Of a stretch of DNA of 64,000 nt, positions 55,692 to 64,000 are shown piece by piece (position 1 is the stretch's first letter; the number at the start of each line of letters is the position of its first letter). Below the pieces are notes generated by a model, which did no database searches, was not told the origin of the DNA, and saw only the letters and a list, made by a program, of their open reading frames with translations. This DNA comes from an uncultured cyanobacterium. Lineage in GTDB: Bacteria; Cyanobacteriota; Cyanobacteriia; PCC-9006; JAAUQQ01. Both the position numbers and the translations under genes were made by a program. The stretch covers positions 3,552,001 through 3,616,000 of the forward strand of contig OY970368.1 in the NCBI GenBank assembly GCA_963718615.1, written 5' to 3'.

Positions 55692-57116
55692 TTAAACGGT
55701 AAAAATATCCGCCGCGCCATAATTAACATTCCAGCCCAAATCCCGCAGCGAAGCGATCGACATTTGGCTCAGGGGCATCGAAGACCCTACCGTTTCTGCC
55801 CGTGGGGTCATTAGTTCTCGGTCAAAAATCGCTTCACTCCAGTGGGTCTTCTCGTCATCTAGGGGAATTGCTACGCCTTGGTTCGACCCCAATAACTCCC
55901 CATAAGCCAAGCCTGCGTAGGTATTGGCGCGATAAACCTGCTGGGAGGAATCGACCAAATTATTACCCACTTGATTCCAAGACAGACCAAACCCTAAAAC
56001 ATGGCCAAACTCGTGACGCATGACCTCTTCTAGATAGGTCGGATTGCTGTTGTATTGATCTAGATACAAGGTGTTAACCACAGCAACCCCCCGAACGGGA
56101 ACTAGGCGATCGCTCAGGGTTTTCTGATAGCCCTGGGGACCGGCATAGGCTAAAAAGGGATCTGTTTCATTGCGTGAGCCATAGACCCCAACGGTCAGGC
56201 TCTGGGAACCATTAAGGCTGCTATAGGCAATGATCCGCTCCCAATAGTCTGCGGCTCGCTGAATGGCGTCTTTGCTGGCCTGACTTAGCCCCTCTAGGCC
56301 AGACTTATAGACCAAATCCATGGAAAAGCTTCGGTCATCCTGGAGCGTAGCGTTAAATTGACTGGCCAATTCATACTGAGCCGTTTGTCCTTGATGGCTT
56401 TCAACCCGAACGACATAATTACCGGGTGAGAGAAAGCTCCGAATCGATTCTGTTTGGGTGCCGCGTTCCCACTGCCAAGCGAGGATTTCGCCTGGATCAA
56501 CCTTGCCATTTTGATTTTTGTCTTGAATGAGCTGAACGTCGGCATCCCCGGTTAAGCCCTTCAGCGTCGCCGTAAAAACGCCAGATTGCGTCGCTGTAAA
56601 TTGGAAGAAATCCTGACGATTAGAGCCACTGACCGCATCGTTGAGGCTAAAGGTGGGTGCGCCCAGGTTTTGAGGCGTAGCCAAGGTGGTTCCCAAAATT
56701 TGAGCCGATTCCATTTTCAGCGCTGCGTTCAATCCGATCGGGCGATCGCTAGCCATCCCAACGGTGTTGCCTAGGTTGGTATTGGTATTCAAACTCGGAA
56801 AACCCAACCACAGAATCGGCAGGGCTGCGGATGAAGCCGCTAGGATCGAAGGATCTGGCAGGGGGCCTTGGATCTGGAGGCGGGCGATCGCAAAACTCCC
56901 GTCTAGTGCAAAGGGCAACCCAAACTCAAGGTCTCCCGAAACGTCGCTCGCAAGGACTTGTGCAACGAAGGGAGCATCGGCGAGAGCAGGCTCTAACGGA
57001 TGGGAAGCATCTAAATCAGAAGGCATGGCAGAGGGGGGGTGCTGCTTTCTCCAGTATCCCCAGAAAAAAATTGTTCTCCGATAGAAAAACTGGTCAGCGG
57101 CGTAATTTTTACACAA
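55692..57116 (-). CDS. PPC-domain protein with leishmanolysin-like (M8-type) zinc protease domain; true start likely downstream
   Basis: DFFQF...L.GL.GDAD..L PPC-like domain; HEFGHVLGFG...HWSE..F..ELMTP...SL.DLGW. Confidence 0.75.
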   Translation of the reverse strand: MCKNYAADQFFYRRTIFFWGYWRKQHPPSAMPSDLDASHPLEPALADAPFVAQVLASDVSGDLEFGLPFALDGSFAIARLQIQGPLPDPSILAASSAALPILWLGFPSLNTNTNLGNTVGMASDRPIGLNAALKMESAQILGTTLATPQNLGAPTFSLNDAVSGSNRQDFFQFTATQSGVFTATLKGLTGDADVQLIQDKNQNGKVDPGEILAWQWERGTQTESIRSFLSPGNYVVRVESHQGQTAQYELASQFNATLQDDRSFSMDLVYKSGLEGLSQASKDAIQRAADYWERIIAYSSLNGSQSLTVGVYGSRNETDPFLAYAGPQGYQKTLSDRLVPVRGVAVVNTLYLDQYNSNPTYLEEVMRHEFGHVLGFGLSWNQVGNNLVDSSQQVYRANTYAGLAYGELLGSNQGVAIPLDDEKTHWSEAIFDRELMTPRAETVGSSMPLSQMSIASLRDLGWNVNYGAADIFTV

Positions 57117-57194
57117 GCTTCACAGGGATGAAGAGAGTATCCGGAAAATTACGCACACCAATCAGGGCAATGCTTAACGTCGCTTTAGAAATCG

Positions 57195-58469
57195 TTACGA
57201 GCCGTAGACTCTAAGTACTCTCCCGCAAATCTCTTTACCAAGCCAGGGGGTATTGCAAGCTAGCGATCGCAAGGCTCCAGGAACAACGCTCCAGCGAGAC
57301 TGGGGGTCAAACAAAATGGCTTCGGTGCCTTGCTCAATGGCAAGACTAGGCGGCTGTTGCTGAAGACAATGGGCCGGTGCACTGCTAAGGGCTCGCCACA
57401 GGTCGAGGGCACTCCATTGACCGCTGATGACTAAACGTTGCCACAACAAGGGCAAGGCCAATTCTAGGCCGATGGCCCCAGACGGAGCCTCGCCAAAGGC
57501 GACGGTTTTTTCCTCGTAGGTCCAGGGACTATGGTCGATGGCGATCGCATCAATCACCCCGGTCCGCACCGCTTCTAGCAGGGCAGCTTGGTCAGCAGGG
57601 TTGCCCAAGGGCGGATCGAGACGCAGATTGGGGTCATAGCCCGCTAAATCAGCACTGTTCAAGAGTAGATGATGCCAGGGGGTGCTGGCCGTGATCGCGA
57701 TCGCTTCGCTCTTGGCTTGCTGGATCAGGGCCACACTGCGGGCAGTGGACAGGCGCATACAATGCACCGGGGGATAGCCAGGTCCGAGATCGCGCAAACA
57801 TTCCAACAGCGCTGCCAAAGCGGTCGTTTCGGCCATGGCGGGGCTACCGGGGAGACCCAACTGGAGTGAAATGCTGCCTTCGCGGGCAATGCCGCTGCCG
57901 CTGAGGGCGCGATCGCAGGGCCAGAGGGCGATGGGTAAATTCAGCGGCTGCAAATATTCGAGCAGACGCCGAACTAAGGCGAGTTTGCCGAGGGGTAATC
58001 CGTCCGCAAAGCCTGCGACCCCGGCGGCGGCGAGTTCGAGCAATTCGCTCATTTGCTGGCCTTGGGTTGCCTGGGTGAGTGCTCCCCAAAACTGAATCCG
58101 CAGGGGTGGGTGGGGGTCTAGGTGCTGAATCAGATTTTCGAGCTGGGCAAGGGTTGCTGGGGTATCCAGCACGGGATGGGTATTGGGTAGCAGGGTCACG
58201 CGGGTAAAACCACCGGCCAAGGCCGCTTGGCTCAAGGATGCCAGCGTTTCCCGCTCCTCAAACCCCGGTTCACCAGAGGTGCTGTAGAGGTCAACCAATC
58301 CCGGCCCAAGCACCCAGCCTCGGGCATCCCGCCGGGTGGCGTGGGCTGGGGCTTCGAGTTGGGGGGCGATCGCGCAAATCTGCCCCCCCTCCAAAAGTAC
58401 ATCGGCCACCTGATCGGTTGCGGTGGTTGGGTCAAGAACGCGAACCTGTTGCAAAAGCTCCTGTGGCAT
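57195..58469 (-). CDS. pyrC: Dihydroorotase-like protein (PyrC', probably lacking the metal site)
   Basis: PGLVDLYS.SGEPG.E.RET, AGGFT, PPL, AIDH.P; the HxH motif is replaced by YS. Confidence 0.85.
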   Translation of the reverse strand: MPQELLQQVRVLDPTTATDQVADVLLEGGQICAIAPQLEAPAHATRRDARGWVLGPGLVDLYSTSGEPGFEERETLASLSQAALAGGFTRVTLLPNTHPVLDTPATLAQLENLIQHLDPHPPLRIQFWGALTQATQGQQMSELLELAAAGVAGFADGLPLGKLALVRRLLEYLQPLNLPIALWPCDRALSGSGIAREGSISLQLGLPGSPAMAETTALAALLECLRDLGPGYPPVHCMRLSTARSVALIQQAKSEAIAITASTPWHHLLLNSADLAGYDPNLRLDPPLGNPADQAALLEAVRTGVIDAIAIDHSPWTYEEKTVAFGEAPSGAIGLELALPLLWQRLVISGQWSALDLWRALSSAPAHCLQQQPPSLAIEQGTEAILFDPQSRWSVVPGALRSLACNTPWLGKEICGRVLRVYGS

Positions 58470-58484
58470 ATCGATTTTTTTGAT

Positions 58485-59837
58485 TTACAGCGCTCCTGCG
58501 GCGGTTGTATCCAAAACCCCCGTCCCAAAGTGGGTGGTGATATTTAGGGCCTGAACCACGGGTTTCCCCTTGAGTCCCTTGGGATAGTCAATGACGGTGA
58601 CCGCTCCATTGCCCTGTTTGATCGCCCAAATGTCTTTCGGCTCCAGCCCCAGGACATGGCAGAGGATACATTTATTAACGGCATCATGGGCCACCACCAT
58701 GCCCGTGCTCTGATCGGGGGCATTTTGCACGATCGCCTCCCAGGCGGCCACCGAACGGTCCCACACCTGCTGAAGATTTTCACCTTCGGGCATCTGTACG
58801 GTTTCTGGCGCAACTTTCCACTGCTGGAGAGTATCGCCAAATTCGGCCTGGATTTCTGCTTCGAGTTTGCCCTCCCAAAGACCGTGGCCAATTTCCTTCA
58901 GACCTGGGTCTTCTGCCAAGGTGAGGTGCGGATGGTGTTGCAGGATAATCTCGGCGGTTTCCCTAGGGCGGGAGAGGGGGCTAGTGACAGCAAAGTCGAT
59001 GGCCACATCCTTGAGGAAATCGGCAGCTTTTTGGGCTTGAGCTTTGCCATTTTCGTTGAGGGGAATGTCAATTTGGCCCTGGAAACGGGATTGACGGTTC
59101 CAGTCGGTTTCACCATGGCGCACGAGCAGGAGCCGACAGCCTGCCCGAGAGCGGCGATCGGGTAAGCGGTCGCCCAAGTGAGCCGTGAGATTGAGGGATT
59201 CGAGCTGAACGCCGTCGTCGGGTCCGCCGGCAAAATTCAAAACATTGATGCAGCAGTTGGATTGACGCAGGACTTGGTACTGAGCAGGACCCATGCCGAC
59301 GGCGGTGCTGATGAGCGATCGCAAAATGCCGTTATGGCCCACAATCAACACCGTTTGACCCCGATGGTCCTGCAAACAGGTTTGCCAAAACTGTCGGGCC
59401 TGGGCAAACAGAGACACCACGGGAAAATGCTGGCGCGGCGGTTGATCGGCTGTACCAGGCAGCTCCATACAAAACTGATCCGGCTGCTGGGACCAGACCC
59501 GGTAGGCTTCGGGATCCTGCTGCTGAACCACAGCCCGCTCCATCCCGGCCCAGAGGGGCAGGTCTATTTCCAGTAGGTCATTAGCGGTTTGGACCGTCGG
59601 AGCCCCGGTGAGGTCTTCGGCAATCAGTTCTGCGGTCCGCTTCGCCCGCTGCAAGGGGCTGCTGTAGATGGCGTCGAAGGCAATGCCCTGGAGGGCTTGG
59701 CTCACCCGCTTGGCATCGGCCATCCCCCGTTCCGTCAAAACCGATTCGTCGATGCGGCCTTGAATCCGCTCTTGGGCGTTATAGCTGCTTTGGCCATGGC
59801 GGACCAAAATCATGCGCGTAGGCTGGGATGGAGTCAT
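58485..59837 (-). CDS. Tandem histidine-phosphatase (PGM-like) protein, probable phosphoserine phosphatase
   Basis: Two LVRHG(Q/E) domains with SPL.R and V.H motifs. Confidence 0.88.
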   Translation of the reverse strand: MTPSQPTRMILVRHGQSSYNAQERIQGRIDESVLTERGMADAKRVSQALQGIAFDAIYSSPLQRAKRTAELIAEDLTGAPTVQTANDLLEIDLPLWAGMERAVVQQQDPEAYRVWSQQPDQFCMELPGTADQPPRQHFPVVSLFAQARQFWQTCLQDHRGQTVLIVGHNGILRSLISTAVGMGPAQYQVLRQSNCCINVLNFAGGPDDGVQLESLNLTAHLGDRLPDRRSRAGCRLLLVRHGETDWNRQSRFQGQIDIPLNENGKAQAQKAADFLKDVAIDFAVTSPLSRPRETAEIILQHHPHLTLAEDPGLKEIGHGLWEGKLEAEIQAEFGDTLQQWKVAPETVQMPEGENLQQVWDRSVAAWEAIVQNAPDQSTGMVVAHDAVNKCILCHVLGLEPKDIWAIKQGNGAVTVIDYPKGLKGKPVVQALNITTHFGTGVLDTTAAGAL

Positions 59838-60013
59838 GGACTGGGACTGAGAGCTGGGATGGAGACATTCGCGTTACGCAGACGATCGCGAATGGGCGAG
59901 AATCTTAAAGAATTGCCACAACGGATTCTACACGTCTGCGGACCGCTGGGGGGTATCCCCCCCTGGTTTCAACAGGTGGATGAAAGCTGGAAACAAGCAG
60001 CAGGAAGGGTTGA

Positions 60014-61675
60014 ATGATTTTTGAGATGTCCTCGTCGTTAAAGCGATCGCTGGTCTTTTTGCTGTCTTTGGGGGTGGCGCTGTTTGTCGGGTTTAGCCTC
60101 TTACAAAGCTGGAGCCAACCCCAGGTGCAGGATCGCTTGGCGATCGCCCAAACCTATTTAGTGCTGCAATCATCGGAGTTAGGGGTCGACAGTCCAAGGC
60201 AGTCGGAGAAGGACAGTTTTACTGAGGCCCTGCTGGGCAATGACCCTTACCAAAATGCCCTGGAACAATATCAGCCGCTGCTCAAGACCGTGACGACGGG
60301 GTTAACCAACCTTGAGGGGCAACTGTCCCAGTCTGAAGCTGCTGCATCGGGGGCCGAGACCGCTGCGTCGGCAGATGCGGTGCAAAGCCAAATCGCCACG
60401 CTCCAGGCCCAGCGACAAAAACAAGCATCGCTGCTGATGGAGCTGCAAACCGAAGCCGGAATTTTGCATGCGGTTCAGGGGGAACTGCCGGAAGCCCAAA
60501 GCCTTTGGCAAGCGGTGCAACGGTCTCAACCCAGTGCTGAATCGGGATCTAGTCTTGGCTCGGGTCCCGGAGCTGAGCCAAGATCTGGCGTTGCGCTTCT
60601 ACAACCCTTGCCCGCCCAAGACACCGCTGCGGTTTTGGCCGGACTGTGGAGTGACCCCCCGCGCCTCTTGCCGGAGACCGACAGCATGCTCAAACAGGGG
60701 TTACGGGGCTGGTTTGAGGATGAGGCCCTGGCGCGACTCTATACCCTCGACCAGCGTCAGGATGAATTGCAAACCTTGAATGCCCAGCGTCAAATCCGCG
60801 CCCAGGAGGCGATCGCCAAACTCGCCCTGGTCATTTTGATCCCGTTGGTGGGGGCGATCGTCGGCACAATCCTGATTTTGATCCGGCTGGTACAAGCCTG
60901 GAAACAGCGTCAGGAGAAAAAAATGAATCCCTTCACCGTGGAGGCTTGGTCAGTGCCCTGGGATGGAGCAATCCTCGCGATCGGCGTCTTGGGTGGGTTT
61001 TTCCTGGTGGGCCAAATTATTATGAGCAGCCTGGTTGGCAGCATCATTTTGGCGATCGCCCAACAGCTCCCCCTCGGCAGTCCCATTCGAGCCCAGGCGC
61101 TGGGGGTTTTTGGGGTCTATAGCCTGATGGCGATCGCCGTCCTCTTCTTTTTGTCCACCCTGTTACGTCCCTATCGCCCGTTGCCGCCCAGTTGGTTTCG
61201 GCTCAATCTACGGGAGGGCCATTGGTTTGCCTGGGGGCTCGGGGGCTACTTTGCGGCCTATCCCCTGGTCCTGCTCGTGTCGGTCTTAAATCAACACCTT
61301 TGGGATGGCCAAGGCGGCAGCAATCCGTTACTGACCCTGGCCCTGGAAAATCAAGACAATATTGCCCTGGTGCTGTTTTTGGTGACGGCGGCGATCGCCG
61401 CTCCCCTGTTTGAGGAAATTTTCTTTCGCGGCTTTCTGATGGCCTCCCTCACCCGGTTTATGCCCGGTTGGGGAGCGATTTTAGTCAGCGCCTTTATCTT
61501 TGCAGCGGCTCACCTGAGTTTGTCTGAACTCTTGCCCCTCATGACCCTGGGCGCAATGCTGGGATTTGTCTATGGGCGATCGCGCAATCTCCTCGCCTCG
61601 ATCCTGCTCCATGGGCTATGGAATAGTGGCACCTTAGTCAGCCTTTTACTCTTTGGCAGCGCCTTGCGGGGATAA
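60014..61675 (+). CDS. CPBP/CAAX family intramembrane metalloprotease
   Basis: AP.FEEIFFRG, FAAAH, HGLWN motifs. Confidence 0.9.
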   Translation: MIFEMSSSLKRSLVFLLSLGVALFVGFSLLQSWSQPQVQDRLAIAQTYLVLQSSELGVDSPRQSEKDSFTEALLGNDPYQNALEQYQPLLKTVTTGLTNLEGQLSQSEAAASGAETAASADAVQSQIATLQAQRQKQASLLMELQTEAGILHAVQGELPEAQSLWQAVQRSQPSAESGSSLGSGPGAEPRSGVALLQPLPAQDTAAVLAGLWSDPPRLLPETDSMLKQGLRGWFEDEALARLYTLDQRQDELQTLNAQRQIRAQEAIAKLALVILIPLVGAIVGTILILIRLVQAWKQRQEKKMNPFTVEAWSVPWDGAILAIGVLGGFFLVGQIIMSSLVGSIILAIAQQLPLGSPIRAQALGVFGVYSLMAIAVLFFLSTLLRPYRPLPPSWFRLNLREGHWFAWGLGGYFAAYPLVLLVSVLNQHLWDGQGGSNPLLTLALENQDNIALVLFLVTAAIAAPLFEEIFFRGFLMASLTRFMPGWGAILVSAFIFAAAHLSLSELLPLMTLGAMLGFVYGRSRNLLASILLHGLWNSGTLVSLLLFGSALRG

Positions 61676-62083
61676 TTTAAGAGGATCGTAGGGGGTCAAG
61701 CCCCTCAGGATCCTCACCCTGTGCTTGCTTGGCCCTGCGGCCCCTCCAATGTCGTAACCACAGAACTCTTGTCCCGTGGGCGATCGACGCTATTTTAGAT
61801 TCCGTGCTTCCCCGTAGGTCATGCCCAAAACATTTCAGATATAAATCACCTAAGCTAATTCTCCGGCCAATGAAAACCTCTTGCAGGGGTGCATCTTCTT
61901 TCCCTGTAATCTCAGGTCTGTTCTTAAAATTGAGACCTTTTTGAAGAAGTCTTCAGGATTTTTTTGAGATGTCCCGCTAAATCCGGGATAAACTAGCTCT
62001 CAATTCTTGACAGGTCGTCCCCTATCATTCAGGTCGGTGAGTTGCTCGCAGTCCGGAATCCTAGCATCATTCTGTAAAGACCC

Positions 62084-62578
62084 ATGGCCGCAAGACCCGC
62101 CGCAATTGAATACGAACTGCCAGCCCCACCGCTCCAGCAACGCCGGGTGTCTCGTCGTGTTTCGCCTCGGGCGATCGCGTCTCCTAAGCCCCAAGTCCGC
62201 CCCCTGCGGCAGCGGGAGCCCCTGCCCTTCTGGTTGCGTCAATTGATGATTGTGCAACGGGGTTCGGCGCTGGCCTTACTGATGATGGGGGGTCTAACGC
62301 TGTTGGCCTATAGCTGGACCGTACATTCCCAGCGCTCCTGGAGCCGAGCCTACAGTCAGCTCTCGCTGCTCCGCCGGGATGAGCCGCAACTGACGCGTGC
62401 TAATGAAGTGCTCAAGGAAAATTTGGCTCAGCAGGCCGAGTCCGAAAATTCTGGATTGATCGAGCCAACGCCCGCTCACATGTTTTATCTAGAGCCCGCG
62501 CAACCCCGTCCAGCTCAAGTCGTGCCCGACCCCCCTGCTCCGCCCCCCAGCGGCAGCGAACTGCCCCTGAGTTATTAA
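62084..62578 (+). CDS. FtsL-like cell-division protein
   Basis: Basic N-terminus, TM, W...Y..L..L.R.E.QL..ANE.LK..LA.QAE coiled coil; directly upstream of the PBP gene. Confidence 0.65.
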   Translation: MAARPAAIEYELPAPPLQQRRVSRRVSPRAIASPKPQVRPLRQREPLPFWLRQLMIVQRGSALALLMMGGLTLLAYSWTVHSQRSWSRAYSQLSLLRRDEPQLTRANEVLKENLAQQAESENSGLIEPTPAHMFYLEPAQPRPAQVVPDPPAPPPSGSELPLSY

Positions 62579-62728
62579 GACTGAGCAATGCGCTCAACTC
62601 GCTCGCTCAGCCCTGGGTTTAGATTCCATCAATTTGATTCGGCTTGATTTAACGCTAGCGACCTGAACCAGACCCCTTCTCCTGAGTCGACCGACTGCTT
62701 GGCTTCCCCCTTTCTTTTAATTTTCAGC

Positions 62729-64000
62729 ATGGCTCGAACGCTGCCTCCCCCCAGCCCCCAGCGCCGCCGCCCCAAGCCTCTGGCCTCTCCCGCTTCCCTA
62801 TCCCCTTGGGCTCAGCGTCAGCGTCGACTGCGGCAGGCCCTTGAAACTCGCCCGGTTCGATTGTTGTTAGCTTGGCTGGTTTTAACCAGTGCCCTTGGTG
62901 GCTTGGCGTTGCGCCTGGTCAATTTACAAATCCTTCAAGGTCCTGAACTCTCCCAATCGGCGAAGGCTCAGCAGACCTTGGCGTTACGCTCCTTTGTGCC
63001 CCGCCGTCCAGTTATTGACCGCTCTGGAGATGTGCTAGCCGTTGATAATTCGGTTTATATTCTCTATGCTCACCCGGCTCTGTTTACTCAGCCTTTGGAT
63101 GAAGTCGCAAGTGCCTTGGCTGAGACCTTAAATTTGCCAGACGCAGATGTCCTCAAAAAGCTGCGCAGCGGCGATACCGGCATCGAAGTGGCGGATGGGA
63201 TTTCAGACAACACAGCTAGACGACTGCGAGATCTCTATATTGATGGCTTAGACCTAATCGAGCATTCTCAACGCTTCTATCCCCAGAACGATCTCTTCGG
63301 TTCGATCTTGGGGTATGTCGATCATGATGGTAAGGCCCAAGCGGGTCTGGAGCTGAGCCAAGAGGAGCAATTGGCCCGTTCCGGCAAAGCCATGGAAATT
63401 CGCCGGATGGGGGATGGCGGTGCCCTTCCGACCGATTTGCCCGCCGGACTCCTGCATCAAGACGATCTCCGCATGCAGTTGACCCTCGATCGACGAATTC
63501 AGCGCGCGACGCGGGTGGCCCTCGATCGCCAAATCAAAAATTTCAGTGCCAAACGGGGAGCCGCGTTGGTGATGGATGCCAGAGATGGATCCTTGCTTTC
63601 ATTGGTGGTGTCTCCCACCTATGACCCCAACCGGTTTTACGATTTTGATATTGAATTATTTCGCAATTGGGCGGTGACGGATCTCTATGAACCGGGGTCA
63701 ACCTTTAAGCCGGTGAATGTGGCGATCGCCCTCGAATCTGGAGCCCTCAAACCCACAGACTATATCTATGATGCCGGTCAGCTCGTGATTTCCGAGCATA
63801 TCGTCCAAAACCATGACTTTAGTTCCGTGGGCGGGCGCGGGGCGATTAGTATTCCTCAAATTTTGCAGTTTTCCAGCAACATCGGCATGGTGGGCATTGT
63901 CCAAAAGCTGGCCCCTGGACTCTATCATGACTGGCTCGAAAAGCTAGGGCTCGGCAAAACCGTACAGACAGACTTGCCCTCCGCTCCCGTCGGAGAGCTC
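62729..64000 (+). CDS. ftsI: Class B penicillin-binding protein (FtsI), runs off the window
   Basis: Not in the ORF track. Manual frame from ATG 62729: TM, R...DR.G.VLA, R.YP, LTLD..IQ, YEPGSTFKP (SxxK, in frame at 63686), SSNIG. Confidence 0.9.
   Translation, partial: MARTLPPPSPQRRRPKPLASPASLSPWAQRQRRLRQALETRPVRLLLAWLVLTSALGGLALRLVNLQILQGPELSQSAKAQQTLALRSFVPRRPVIDRSGDVLAVDNSVYILYAHPALFTQPLDEVASALAETLNLPDADVLKKLRSGDTGIEVADGISDNTARRLRDLYIDGLDLIEHSQRFYPQNDLFGSILGYVDHDGKAQAGLELSQEEQLARSGKAMEIRRMGDGGALPTDLPAGLLHQDDLRMQLTLDRRIQRATRVALDRQIKNFSAKRGAALVMDARDGSLLSLVVSPTYDPNRFYDFDIELFRNWAVTDLYEPGSTFKPVNVAIALESGALKPTDYIYDAGQLVISEHIVQNHDFSSVGGRGAISIPQILQFSSNIGMVGIVQKLAPGLYHDWLEKLGLGKTVQTDLPSAPVGEL

Noticed and set aside
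57195-58469. pyrC as a pseudogene or novelty because HxH is missing
   Set aside because: Intact frame; inactive PyrC'-type subunits are already known.
1-64000. Abundant GCGATCGC octamer as a novel repeat
   Set aside because: This is the well-known cyanobacterial HIP1.

Overview
Cyanobacterial chromosomal DNA, judged from very frequent HIP1 GCGATCGC sites and the genes ho1, ppc, DUF1574 and a pseudo-dihydroorotase. Housekeeping genes (ho1, metF, trpS, ppc, mutM, bioH/K-bioC-bioD, oxoprolinase with LysR, pyrC', a phosphatase, a CAAX protease, ftsL-ftsI) flank a ~23 kb minus-strand defence island at 23118-45989. The island is a class I DISARM system (drmD-drmMI-drmA-drmB-drmC) headed by a RelE-like/UvrD helicase. 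Its methyltransferase is unusual. It is split into a catalytic part and a separate MmeI-like specificity (TRD) part, with a DUF433-antitoxin/PIN-toxin pair between them. The module [MTase 3' end - antitoxin - PIN - TRD] occurs twice in direct orientation, with near-identical anchors (offsets 5210 and 5304 bp) but different TRD recognition patches and different TA pairs. A DUF488-DUF488-dual-OB cassette lies between the copies, and scars of earlier cargo (a DUF433 stub, an xisH/xisI deletion remnant) are visible. This looks like a recombination-driven, TA-guarded specificity-cassette system; that mechanism is inference. All family assignments come from recognising motifs by eye, and no searches were run.
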